From contig OZ253580.1 of NCBI GenBank assembly GCA_965263035.1, positions 1,024,001-1,088,000 of the forward strand: a stretch of DNA of 64,000 nucleotides, written 5' to 3'. Made by a program: the position numbers and the translations under genes. The notes under the pieces are model-generated. The model did no database searches, was not told where the DNA came from, and saw nothing but the letters and a program-made list of their open reading frames with translations. How positions within the stretch are numbered: position 1 is the first letter of the stretch; each line of letters begins with the position of its first letter. Source of the stretch: Acidobacteriota bacterium. Its GTDB lineage: Bacteria > Acidobacteriota > UBA6911 > RPQK01 > JAJDTT01. This document shows, in pieces, positions 40,631-50,641 of the stretch.

Positions 40631-43153
40631 TCAGAACGACATGAACTCGGAACCGGGAAACGGCTCGATCAAATCGTCGGCGGCGGGTTCCGCGTGGTGG
40701 ATCTGGAAGGCGTAAAGGTCTCCCTGCCGGAGATAGAACCGAAGGCGCACGGGACGGCCGGCCAATTCTCCCAGGTCTCTGCGATGCCTCCAACGAACCG
40801 GCTCTTGGACGCCGTCGAAGCTGGCGAGAACGCAGTCCGACTGACTGTAACCCTCAAGGGGATTTCCCTCGGCATCCAACACCTCCACCTTCAGATCTCC
40901 TTGAGGCACCTGGGCGTTGACCGTGAGGAGCCGGCCCTGGAAGACGAGCGGATGGGTGGTCAGGACCCCTATATCGCGGCCGGCTCTCCGGGAGACGAAA
41001 CCGTTGGTCCGGAATTCAGCCAGACCGGGCCAGATCCGGAAGTCGGGGCTTTTGGAAAGGAACGACTCGGGCGTCTCTCCGGTATTGGCGGTCAGATCCG
41101 CCCAGAAGCGGGTTCTGGCATCGTCTACCGTGCCATGAGTTCCCCGTCTCCAGCTCCAACCTGAGGGCATCAGGGACCAGGAGAAGCCTCTGGTCGAGGG
41201 CGGCGCCAGATAGGGACGTTCCACGAAAGTCTCGTCGGAAACGAGATCTTGTGCGTCCTTCCCCCCCATGCCGCTGTACAGGCCCGAGAGCTTCTCGCGA
41301 ACCCAGGCGTGGAAGTGGAGGTAGTTGGCTCCGTGATAGAAAATCCGGGTTCGCCCGCCCTGCCGGTGCCAGCCGGTGGGCATGTAGACGACGCCCCAGT
41401 CGAACGATCCCGGCGGGCCGTTGGCCAGCCATGCCTCTTCTCCGCCCGGCTGCTCCCAGTGGACGCCGTTGCGGCTCACCCAGAGCTGCAGATCCAGGTG
41501 CTGGGTGCGGACGTTGTAGCGGGGAAAGAACCCCAGGTACGAGTCTCCGCTCTTCCGGACACGGAAGCCGTAGTTGTGGAGGTTGGGATCGGAGACCTCG
41601 GGAACCCAGAGGTAACGGGCTTCCCAGTTGATGCCGTCCCGGGTGGCGTGGCGGGCCAGGGTCCGGGCCTTGGTGGAGTTGTCGTACCGGATCCGGCCCC
41701 GCCCGCGGTTGGGGGGACCCGGCGAAGTGTAGGCCACGAACTCTCCGGTAGCGCCGTCGTAGCCCATGGCCGCCGAGGTGTCGCCGGATACGGTCATGGT
41801 TTCGGTGCCACCCTGTCCCAAGCCGAACACGGGCGTGGGGCTGGTGACGTAGCTCTTCCCGTCCTGGTCCCAGACCACCAGATAGTAGCCGCGGCGGAGG
41901 GCCCAGCGATCACTGGTCTGCCGACCGGTGAAGAGCCACAGCCGGGCCCGGTGCAGGTCCGGATTCCCCCGGCGCGCGTAGTCCCAGACACCGGCGAAGA
42001 CGGGAAAGAGATCCCCCGGTTTGGTCACGTCCATCCGGGCCAGGATGTTGTTTGCTCGTGAGCCGTCGTGCTCCACCCTGCCCAGATCCGGCTTCGTCCA
42101 AGTGCGAAGGTCCTCGGAGACGGCCAGCATGTGATAGCGGAACTGGTCGTAGTTGACGTGGCGGTAGGTCAGCTCGTAACGATTCTCCTCGGGATTGTAG
42201 CGGGCCGAGTTGTCCAACAGGATGGAGTGGCCTTCATAGGACCGGTCGGGGGAGAGGATGGGCCCGTCCGTCACTTTTCGCGCCGGGTGAAACACTTTCC
42301 GGAGACCGCGCGACTCGGCGACCAGGTAGTCGTCCACGAGGAGTTGCGGTCCATCGCCGATCTTGGCCGCATCGCGCACGCGCGGCGCCGGTCCGTTTCG
42401 AAACAGTTGGAGGGTTCTGGCCACCCCGTCCGCCGACACCTCCCCCGCCCCCGGGAAACGGACACGGGCCTGGTAGGTTCCCGGCAGTAGATCCTCCAGG
42501 GAGAAGGTCACGCGGGTGTTGCGCCGGGTCAGTGACACCCGAACCGGTTCGGCGACCCGTTGACCGGTCAGAGGCTCGACCAGGTCCACCACCGCCGGAA
42601 GTTCGTCTGCCAGGGCGCCCGGGAGCAGCTTCAGGTCCAGACCGGCCTGCGCATCGTCGATGTAGAGAAGCCGATCCAGGTCGGCCCAGATCCATTCCTG
42701 GGGCGGAAGGCGAAACAGGGTCTGGAAGAGGATCTTTTCCGTAACCGGATCCCGGCCTGAGATCCTGAGCGTGTACTCCCCGGGATAAAACTGCCGGGGC
42801 CGATGCACCCAGGGACCGTGTCCCAGTAGCGGACCGAGGCCGAAACTCACCGGGCGGGGATCGCCGGAGGCCTCAAGGTACCGCTCCTGGCGAGTCGATC
42901 CTCCGTTGGGAAAGGTGAGGTCGGCGCGAATCAGGAGCGCCGGAGACGGACCCAGTTGGAATTGCACCGCGTGGTCCAGACCCCCGTCGAACGCCAGGGT
43001 GAAGCCGGAGACGATCTCTGAAGGTGGAGCCGCGCCCTCCACGTAGGAATCGAGTGGCACGCCGGCTTCGGCAGTCGATATGGCGAAAGCCCCAAGCATC
43101 AACGAGAATGTCGATACCAAGTTCGAAATCCCAAAGCCCGAAGAAATTCTCAT
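40631..43153 (-). CDS. Secreted five-bladed beta-propeller glycosidase-like hypothetical protein
   Basis: Signal peptide; QLLVDD, SEDLRTWTKP, TRDGINW, SRNGVHW, FDWG and C-terminal G-LTT-PL...GRPVRLRFYL...LYAF typical of GH32/GH130-like hypotheticals. Confidence 0.6.
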   Translation of the reverse strand: MRISSGFGISNLVSTFSLMLGAFAISTAEAGVPLDSYVEGAAPPSEIVSGFTLAFDGGLDHAVQFQLGPSPALLIRADLTFPNGGSTRQERYLEASGDPRPVSFGLGPLLGHGPWVHRPRQFYPGEYTLRISGRDPVTEKILFQTLFRLPPQEWIWADLDRLLYIDDAQAGLDLKLLPGALADELPAVVDLVEPLTGQRVAEPVRVSLTRRNTRVTFSLEDLLPGTYQARVRFPGAGEVSADGVARTLQLFRNGPAPRVRDAAKIGDGPQLLVDDYLVAESRGLRKVFHPARKVTDGPILSPDRSYEGHSILLDNSARYNPEENRYELTYRHVNYDQFRYHMLAVSEDLRTWTKPDLGRVEHDGSRANNILARMDVTKPGDLFPVFAGVWDYARRGNPDLHRARLWLFTGRQTSDRWALRRGYYLVVWDQDGKSYVTSPTPVFGLGQGGTETMTVSGDTSAAMGYDGATGEFVAYTSPGPPNRGRGRIRYDNSTKARTLARHATRDGINWEARYLWVPEVSDPNLHNYGFRVRKSGDSYLGFFPRYNVRTQHLDLQLWVSRNGVHWEQPGGEEAWLANGPPGSFDWGVVYMPTGWHRQGGRTRIFYHGANYLHFHAWVREKLSGLYSGMGGKDAQDLVSDETFVERPYLAPPSTRGFSWSLMPSGWSWRRGTHGTVDDARTRFWADLTANTGETPESFLSKSPDFRIWPGLAEFRTNGFVSRRAGRDIGVLTTHPLVFQGRLLTVNAQVPQGDLKVEVLDAEGNPLEGYSQSDCVLASFDGVQEPVRWRHRRDLGELAGRPVRLRFYLRQGDLYAFQIHHAEPAADDLIEPFPGSEFMSF

Positions 43154-43281
43154 TATTCAAACCCCGATTTTCGATGCCAGTTTCCCGAATCCCCTGGTCC
43201 GCCGTCGCCACTGAAACCATTGAGCCGGTTACAATCCAGCGCGAGTTGTCCCGGATCAGGCACCAAACTACAATCCGGACC

Positions 43282-44442
43282 ATGCCAAGAGCAATCCTGG
43301 TACTCCTGACCATGATAGCCACCTGGGGTCATGCTGCTGCGGCAGTTGCACCCGAGCGCATCCACTACACCGGCAAGATCGGTCACATCGTCCAACTCCA
43401 GGACGGACGCCTGTTGACCCTCTACACGCTGGGAAGAGCAGGCGAGGACGGTTCGCTCAACGGACCCGAACAGCCGGCTTACGTTCGCTACTCCGGCGAC
43501 CAGGGACGAAATTGGTCGAAAGAGAAGATCGCTTTTTCATTCGCAGCCGGACGCGGGACGATGCCCACCTACAGGCAGTCGGCGGGTCCCTACCTTCTGC
43601 TGGACCGAAATGGAATCCTCCACCTGCTTTCCATCCGATACTATCGCGGCCCCAAACGAGGCGACCCGGCGGTGGTCGCGGTCTCAGAGCTTTTTCACAA
43701 CCTGTCACGCGACGGCGGCCAGACCTGGAACAAGCCGAAGAGGATCGACGTGGGCCATCACTGGTTTCCGCAAATCCAGTCCATGATCCAGCTTTCCAAT
43801 GGGCGTCTGCTGACCGCCGGAAACTATGCGAGCGACAACTACCTCTCTGACACGGGGGAATACGAGTATCGGATCATCGTGATTTTCTCGGATGACCAAG
43901 GTGAAACCTGGCAACTGGGACCGGACGACATCCGGATACCCATCGGTCCCTTCCGGGGGCATCCCGGCGCCATCGAGCCGGTCCTGGCCGAGCTGAGAGA
44001 CGGCCGGGTCTGGATGATCTTTCGCTCCCAGTACGGAGTCTTCTACCAGACCTTCTCGTCCGACGGCGGCAGCAACTGGGAACCCACATCGCCCACCACG
44101 ATCAAGGCGGCCAACGCACCCGCGGGAATATTGAGACTTGCGGACGGGAGGCTCATGCTCTCGTGGAACGATTGGGGCAACTACCCTGGTGGGCGGGTTC
44201 TGCGCCGGGGGCGACAATACCTTCACGTCGCGATTTCCAGCGATGACGGAAAGACCTGGAGTCCATCCAGACTGATCGCCGGACCCTCCACGCCTGATCC
44301 CGAAAACGCCCAGATGCGATACCCCTTCCTGTGCCGGACCAGCGACGGGTACGTGCTGCTCCGCTACCATCGCATCGAGCGAACCATCGGGATGAGTCGG
44401 CGTGATCTGCTCCGAATCGATCCCGACTGGATCGCCGAGTAG
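43282..44442 (+). CDS. Secreted BNR/sialidase-like protein
   Basis: Signal peptide MPRAILVLL...; SGDQGRNW, SRDGGQTW, SDDQGETW, SSDGGSNW, SSDDGKTW, RYP. Confidence 0.85.
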   Translation: MPRAILVLLTMIATWGHAAAAVAPERIHYTGKIGHIVQLQDGRLLTLYTLGRAGEDGSLNGPEQPAYVRYSGDQGRNWSKEKIAFSFAAGRGTMPTYRQSAGPYLLLDRNGILHLLSIRYYRGPKRGDPAVVAVSELFHNLSRDGGQTWNKPKRIDVGHHWFPQIQSMIQLSNGRLLTAGNYASDNYLSDTGEYEYRIIVIFSDDQGETWQLGPDDIRIPIGPFRGHPGAIEPVLAELRDGRVWMIFRSQYGVFYQTFSSDGGSNWEPTSPTTIKAANAPAGILRLADGRLMLSWNDWGNYPGGRVLRRGRQYLHVAISSDDGKTWSPSRLIAGPSTPDPENAQMRYPFLCRTSDGYVLLRYHRIERTIGMSRRDLLRIDPDWIAE

Positions 44443-44541
44443 AGCAAGAGTCTGATTCAGTTTCGCGCGGACGGTGTAGACCCCGATCGGGAGCAGACGG
44501 AATTCGTAGTAAACGACGTCGCTGCAAGGACGAATTGAACT

Positions 44542-45711
44542 ATGCAAGAAACAGCAGACGCGGTGGTAATCGGCGGTGGCATCATGGGAGCCAGCACGGC
44601 GCATTTCTTGGCCAAGAAGGGTGTCGGCAAGGTTGTATTGCTGGAGAAGCGGACTCTGGCTGCGGTGAGCACCGGCCATTCGGCGGCCAACATACGCTGT
44701 TCCTACTCCAATCCCGTCACCGTCCAACTCGCCTTGCGTTCCTTCGATATGTTCGAGAACGATCGTGAGGAAATGGGTGGAGACACCGGCTTCCGGCGAA
44801 CCGGCATGATTATCCTGCTCGAGAAAGAGCACGTCGCCGCCGGCAGAACGGTGCTTGAGTCCGAGAGAGAACACCACACCGAGACCCAGGAACTCGGACC
44901 GGACGAGATCAAGGAACTGGCACCCCAGTTCAACCTGGACGGAGTCGTCTGCGGAACGTACCAGCCGCGCGGCGGTTACGCGGACCCGGTACGGACCACA
45001 CGGACGCTGGTACGGGCGGCGGCAAAGTGGGGTCTGGTCGCGTACGAAGGTGTCAGCGCAAGGAGGATTCGAGTCGACGGCGACCGTGTCAGCGGTGTCG
45101 AGAGTGACCAAGGCGTCATTCAGACCGGGCTGGTGGTCAACGCCGCCGGACCCTGGGGGATCCACGTGGGGAGGTCAGCGGGCCGCCACTACTCCATTCG
45201 CTGGAGCCGGGAAGTCGATCTGGTCCTCCGGTTGCCGGAGGACTTCGGCCACTTTCCCATCATCGCCGATCCCGGGTGCCACATCTATTTTCGGCCTCAA
45301 CGGCAAGGGAAACTGCTGGCCGGCTTGGACTATCCCAAGGAAATCGAACCGCTGGACATCGACGACTACGATGCCAGCCTGGACGCCAACAGCCGCCGCC
45401 GAATCGAGCGGGGACTGTTCAGACGAATCCCGTCACTTCGAGACGCCGAGTTCGACCGCGGATGGGCGTCGATTTACACCATCACCGATGACTGGCATCC
45501 GGTGGTGGGTCCTGAGGGTGGCCCGGACGGCTACTATGCCTGTTTCGGCGGCAGCGGCCACGGATTCAAGTTGGGGCCACCCATCGGCGAGTCCTTGGCC
45601 AGCATCATGCTGGGCCAGGATCCCAGGATCGACCTCCACCCACTGCGGCCAAGCCGCTTCGAGGAGGGAGATACGTTCACTTCCGCGTGGGGCGCGGGAA
45701 ACCGGGCGTGA
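44542..45711 (+). CDS. FAD-dependent oxidoreductase (DAO/sarcosine oxidase beta-like)
   Basis: IGGGIMG, STGHSAA, NAAGPW, TDDWHPVVG, GSGHGFK. Confidence 0.9.
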   Translation: MQETADAVVIGGGIMGASTAHFLAKKGVGKVVLLEKRTLAAVSTGHSAANIRCSYSNPVTVQLALRSFDMFENDREEMGGDTGFRRTGMIILLEKEHVAAGRTVLESEREHHTETQELGPDEIKELAPQFNLDGVVCGTYQPRGGYADPVRTTRTLVRAAAKWGLVAYEGVSARRIRVDGDRVSGVESDQGVIQTGLVVNAAGPWGIHVGRSAGRHYSIRWSREVDLVLRLPEDFGHFPIIADPGCHIYFRPQRQGKLLAGLDYPKEIEPLDIDDYDASLDANSRRRIERGLFRRIPSLRDAEFDRGWASIYTITDDWHPVVGPEGGPDGYYACFGGSGHGFKLGPPIGESLASIMLGQDPRIDLHPLRPSRFEEGDTFTSAWGAGNRA

Positions 45712-45776
45712 CGCCGCAGCAAGCACCACCCCGAACGGTCCATTGGGGGCTTTCGCCCAGCGGCTATACTGGGGTC

Positions 45777-47399
45777 ATGGGCATGCGAAACCGGTTCGTC
45801 GTCACCACGTTCCTTCTGATTTGCCTGACTGCCGCTCAGGGCTGCACCGGGGAAACGCCCATCAGGCCGCCCAACATCGTCCTCATCCTGGCGGACGACA
45901 TGGGGTTTTCGGACCTGGGATGTTACGGAGGCGAAATCGAGACGCCCAACCTGGACGCGCTGGCCGCGGGGGGACTGCGCTTCACCCAGTTCTACAACAC
46001 GACCCGGTGTTGGCCCACAAGGGCGGCCCTCCTGACCGGATACTACGCCCAGCAGGTCCGGCGCGACGTGCTGCCCGGTCAATGCGGGGGCGGCGTCACC
46101 GTTCGTCCGGAGTGGGCCCGGTTGCTGCCGGACCTGCTGGGACCGGCAGGCTATCGCAGCTATCACAGCGGCAAGTGGCACATCGACGGCAAGGTGCTGG
46201 ACGGCGGCTTCCATCGCTCGTTGGACAGGAGGAACCAGGGCAACTTCTTCACCGCCGAGGGAAACTTCATTGACGACGCGCCGATCGAGCCGTCCGCGGA
46301 CGAGTCCGGATACTACGCCACCACCGCCACCGTCGACCACGCCCTCGACTGCCTCCGGGAGCATGCGGACGCCTATCCCGATCGGCCCTTCTTTCACTAC
46401 ATCGCGTTCATCGCGCCACACTTTCCCCTGCACGCTCTGCCTCAGGACATTGCACGCTACCGGGACCGGTACCTGGACGGCTGGGACGTCATGCGGCAAC
46501 GGCGTTACGCCCGGCAGCGGGAAATGGGGCTGGTCAATACGACCCTTTCGGAGCTTGAGCCCGAGGTCGGGCCCCCATATCACTTTTCCGTGGCCCTCAA
46601 GATACTGGGGCCCGGTGAAATCAACCGCCCGCTGCCGTGGAGCGAGCTGACGGAGGAGCAGCGGCGGTTCCAGGCGACGAAGATGGCGATCCACGCGGCG
46701 ATGGTGGATCGAATGGATCGTGAGATCGGCCGCGTTATCGAGCAACTCAAGGCCATGGGCGCTCTCCGGAACACGCTCATCTTCTTCGCCTCGGACAACG
46801 GCGCCAGTGCCGAGATCATGGTGCGCCACGGCGGTCATGACCCGGAGGCCCCTCCCGGCAGCGCGGCCACGTATCTCTGTCTCGGCCCCGGTTTCTCAAG
46901 CCCCTCCAACACGCCGTTTCGGCGTCACAAGACCTGGGTCCACGAAGGCGGCGTCAGCACTCCGCTGGTGGTGCATTGGCCCGAAGGGATTCGGGCCCGT
47001 GGCGAGCTCCGGCACACGCCGGGTCACGTGATCGACATCGTCCCCACCATCCTGGACGCCATCGGCATCGAGAAACCGGCGAGTTGGGGCGGCCAGCCTG
47101 TCCCCCAGGCTCCCGGCCGCAGCCTCCTGGGCGCGTTCGCCGAAGACCAGGTGATCGATCGCGAATTCCTCTGGTGGCTGCACGAGGGGAACCGAGCCGT
47201 TCGTACCGGCGATTGGAAGCTGGTCGCATCGAAGGGAGACCCGTGGGAGCTGTACGACCTGTCGACGGACCGTGCCGAATCACGAGACTTGGCACGGCTT
47301 CAACCGGACAGGGTCAAGGAACTGGAAGCGATCTGGCAGCGCGAGCTCGCCGCCATGAAACACCTCGCAGCCGAGGCTGCAGCAGACGAATCCAAGTGA
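45777..47399 (+). CDS. Arylsulfatase (Cys-type)
   Basis: PNIVLILADDMG, CWPTRAALLTG, GKWH, SDNG, ELYDL. Confidence 0.93.
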   Translation: MGMRNRFVVTTFLLICLTAAQGCTGETPIRPPNIVLILADDMGFSDLGCYGGEIETPNLDALAAGGLRFTQFYNTTRCWPTRAALLTGYYAQQVRRDVLPGQCGGGVTVRPEWARLLPDLLGPAGYRSYHSGKWHIDGKVLDGGFHRSLDRRNQGNFFTAEGNFIDDAPIEPSADESGYYATTATVDHALDCLREHADAYPDRPFFHYIAFIAPHFPLHALPQDIARYRDRYLDGWDVMRQRRYARQREMGLVNTTLSELEPEVGPPYHFSVALKILGPGEINRPLPWSELTEEQRRFQATKMAIHAAMVDRMDREIGRVIEQLKAMGALRNTLIFFASDNGASAEIMVRHGGHDPEAPPGSAATYLCLGPGFSSPSNTPFRRHKTWVHEGGVSTPLVVHWPEGIRARGELRHTPGHVIDIVPTILDAIGIEKPASWGGQPVPQAPGRSLLGAFAEDQVIDREFLWWLHEGNRAVRTGDWKLVASKGDPWELYDLSTDRAESRDLARLQPDRVKELEAIWQRELAAMKHLAAEAAADESK

Positions 47400-47504
47400 C
47401 GGGCGGAGCGCATCCCGGACTCTGGCCAGCCGATGACTTCCTTGGGTCGAGAATCCAGGTTCCGTCTCCACAGGCGTCCGGGGAAATAGGATTCTTGATG
47501 TACG

Positions 47505-50387
47505 TCAGAAGAGACGGTCCTGCTGTCGTGATCTGGGTCGCCGACGCAATGGAGTTCGCGCCGATTGCAAGGTCTTGTTGAGGTTTTTCTTTTCGGTGTC
47601 GTTCAGTCGAGCTTCCAGGCGCACGGGGCGCCGTGCAACCAGATCCTCCAGCTCTACGACCCACTGTAAATCGGCCTTCTCTTCGCCCTCTGCCAGCCGA
47701 ATGGCCCGATTGAATTTTCCGGATTCCCGCCAGTTGTGCAACGCGTCTCCAGGGAGCCCCGCCCGCTCGAATTCTTCGGCGGCCTCGAGTCTCCGGCCCA
47801 CATTCTCCAAGATCGTTCCGGCCATCTGCGGATCGGGAGAGTCCACCCGTGACAGCACACGACCAGCTTCCCTCCACTTGCCCGCCGTCGCCAATACACC
47901 GATCGCCTGGTTGCGCAATACCTCCGCCTCGGCAGCCATGTCGCCCGTATAGCCGATCAGATCGAGCCAGACCTCAACCTCGCCCGAATAGCGAGCTGCC
48001 CACGCCGGCTCGGCAGCGCAGCGGCGCAACGCGCTCAAGAGGGACTGGAGCAGGATCGGCAGAGCCGACTGCAGCCACCTGCGATCGTGTGATTCCAAGG
48101 CGAGCGTCGCCCGGATCAAAGCGAACGGCGCCTTTGCCCTCCCTCGCGTCCAGTGATTGAAACTGGCAAACGCCTTTCTCTGTGCGTCGTTGCCCCACAC
48201 CGAGGCCACTTTCCTGGCCGTGTTGACGATCTGGTTCCGTTCCCCATGCCCCAATGCAGCATCGACCATCCTGCGTGCGGCTACCAGGAGCACACTCGTG
48301 CAAACTTCTTGTCGAATTGCCTCATCGGCTTCGAAAGCGCCCACTTCCGGCTCGCCGAGCAGCCGCAGGGCTTGGCAGGCTCGCTGCCAGGCCCGTGCAG
48401 GAACCGTGTCCACCAGTGCCAATGCGTCACGACTTCTGACCAGAATCCGCTCGTCAAGAGGTCGATCGACATCCAGGAAGAACTCCGTCAGATCCTCAGT
48501 CGTGAATTCCTCGGGACTTTTCAGCAGGTCCTTGCTGATTCGCTTCTCGCTATCGTCAGGCTGAACGTCGACGAACACCAGATTCTCCGTCGCACGACTT
48601 ACGGCCACGCGCAGGCCATCGATGGCCGTGCGCCTTGCCTGAATCTCCAGCGGACCGTGGTTTTCCGTGTCGTGGCGGAGTTGCTTGACGAGCTTCCCGA
48701 CGTCCAGCACGCAGACCGAACCGTACTCGAGCCCTTTAACGGACTCAGGTGTGTGTATCACGTCGCGATGCTGGTGAGGCACCCATTCGGGAATCGTTTC
48801 TTTTGGGCTGACCACTGCTACATCGGCGACATCGTCCAGCTTCTCCACCAAGGAGCCCGCGCTCTCCCGGTCCGGTACGGAGACGTAGATGAGCCGGGCG
48901 ATGATCTCTTCCTCGACTTGTCTGCTTTTCTGGTTCTTCGGACGCCAGTCCTTGTCGATCAGCCTGTAGAGATTCGATGCTCGTTCGATGACGTCGGAAA
49001 TCAGACTCGGACTCCGAACGTTGTGATCGAGAGGAATCTCCCGGGGTTTTGTGAGCGTGCCGTTCAGCAGGGAGTTGAGGCGATTCGGGTCGAATCCGGA
49101 GGGCCTGACGGTCTGACCGTCATCAAAGGCCATCAGTAGCCACGGGGCATGACTTCGATTCAACGCCAGATCGCGGCAATACTCCACGACCACCGCCGAC
49201 TCGAGCAGCGAAAGGTCTTGAACCTCGTCCACCACGACACGGTCGTATGTCTGCAAGCTCGCGGGCAGGTTGCCCGTCCGCACTCGCTCCAAAGCTGTTC
49301 GGGCGGCGGCCAGTTCAGGGAAAACCTTTTCGTACCATTCCCGCCACCGAGATCGGCTGATGATCGCCAGCAGTGCCCGGGCGGCCTCGCGTCCGACTTG
49401 GCTGTTCGCCATGTACTGCTCGTCGGACAGGCGCCTGCCGTCGGCGGCGCATTCCATGAGACCCGGTACGGCACGTCCGAACAGGACCGCTCGCAGTTCG
49501 GCGTGGAGCGCGTTCAGTTTGTCGTGCCAGGGACCGAGGTGGTCCCTCAGTTTCCACCAGGCGAAAGCTTGTCTGAATTTCTCGCGGCTCGAGGCAAGGG
49601 TGAGCCTTGAAATGTCGGTTCCGCACAGACTGCCGATGAAGACCCGGAACTCTCGGGCATCCACTTGCGATTCGGGCGACGAAAACGCCGAAAAACGAGA
49701 TCGAGTGTCATCGATCAATGCACTCGACCAGGTGAGGTAGAGTGTCTTGCCCCCGCGCGATTCGACTGCCTTCCACAAGGCCATCGTCTTACCCGACCCG
49801 GGGTAGCCGTGGACCACTCTCACGGGCTCCTCGTTCTGCATGAACTCTCGCTGTGCCTCGGTCCAGGGGCTCTCGAATGTCCCGTTGGAATCTCCCGCGA
49901 GTTCACCCGCCGACAGTCCGAAATACTCGTCAAGGTTGCCCGCTTTCAAGACCCTATGTTGGTCATGGTGGCGTACCGTTCGCAAGAGGATCGCGCCTCT
50001 CGCCAAGCCATCGATTCCCTTCGATTGCGGGCTACCCTGCGGTGTCCACCAGAGGTAGTAGTGCATTCCGCCTTGACCACCAAGCGGGGTCCGGCGCCAC
50101 CCCCGGTTCGCCGCGTCGCCGCAGCCCTTGACGATGGTGGTTCGACCCAAGGCGGCGAGTTGTTGGACAGCGATTGCGAGCCGCTTACTGATCGCCGGAC
50201 GGCCTTGAATGTCGGCGAGGACGCTGCCGTGCAACCGAATGCGGTCACGCAGGCCTGCTCCCCCTCGCGGCTGACCATTCGTAGCGATGTCCGGACGAAA
50301 CGCCACTCGACTCCATTGCCGCAGGTGCTCAAATTGCTGAAGATTTCCAGTCACGGGAACGACCTTCCTTTCAACTCTGCACACCAC
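47505..50387 (-). CDS. SF1 UvrD-like helicase with RelE-like N-terminus and helical/TPR-like C-terminus
   Basis: GYPGSGKT, VVDEVQD, DDGQTV, NVRSP, KGLEY, VAVSRA. The N-domain ends ILLRTVRHHD; its RelE-like call is tentative. Confidence 0.8.
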   Translation of the reverse strand: MVCRVERKVVPVTGNLQQFEHLRQWSRVAFRPDIATNGQPRGGAGLRDRIRLHGSVLADIQGRPAISKRLAIAVQQLAALGRTTIVKGCGDAANRGWRRTPLGGQGGMHYYLWWTPQGSPQSKGIDGLARGAILLRTVRHHDQHRVLKAGNLDEYFGLSAGELAGDSNGTFESPWTEAQREFMQNEEPVRVVHGYPGSGKTMALWKAVESRGGKTLYLTWSSALIDDTRSRFSAFSSPESQVDAREFRVFIGSLCGTDISRLTLASSREKFRQAFAWWKLRDHLGPWHDKLNALHAELRAVLFGRAVPGLMECAADGRRLSDEQYMANSQVGREAARALLAIISRSRWREWYEKVFPELAAARTALERVRTGNLPASLQTYDRVVVDEVQDLSLLESAVVVEYCRDLALNRSHAPWLLMAFDDGQTVRPSGFDPNRLNSLLNGTLTKPREIPLDHNVRSPSLISDVIERASNLYRLIDKDWRPKNQKSRQVEEEIIARLIYVSVPDRESAGSLVEKLDDVADVAVVSPKETIPEWVPHQHRDVIHTPESVKGLEYGSVCVLDVGKLVKQLRHDTENHGPLEIQARRTAIDGLRVAVSRATENLVFVDVQPDDSEKRISKDLLKSPEEFTTEDLTEFFLDVDRPLDERILVRSRDALALVDTVPARAWQRACQALRLLGEPEVGAFEADEAIRQEVCTSVLLVAARRMVDAALGHGERNQIVNTARKVASVWGNDAQRKAFASFNHWTRGRAKAPFALIRATLALESHDRRWLQSALPILLQSLLSALRRCAAEPAWAARYSGEVEVWLDLIGYTGDMAAEAEVLRNQAIGVLATAGKWREAGRVLSRVDSPDPQMAGTILENVGRRLEAAEEFERAGLPGDALHNWRESGKFNRAIRLAEGEEKADLQWVVELEDLVARRPVRLEARLNDTEKKNLNKTLQSARTPLRRRPRSRQQDRLF

Positions 50388-50641
50388 TTCGATGGAGGAA
50401 TTATGGTGAAGACCACTGACTTGATCTCAGTGCTTACTCAAATGGACATAAAATGACGTTGTATGGCCATCTGTTCCCGCTTCAATGCCTTGGTGCGGCG
50501 TCTGACGAGTTTCGAGAGAGCGGCCCAGTGCGCCGGCTGAGGACAGGAAAAGGCTGGAAGCCTTCATGCGCCGTTGCGGAAGAAGCCCTGTCAAGCCGCC
50601 CTTGGCCTGAATGATCCTGTCCCGCTTGTAGCCGCATCACC

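Noticed and set aside
39266-41164. Long alternative-frame or antisense ORFs (also 6047-7774, 14249-15952, 23396-24646, 26748-28127, 43705-45165, 62810-63925)
   Set aside because: Shadow ORFs expected in GC-rich coding DNA; no motifs, and they overlap well-supported genes.
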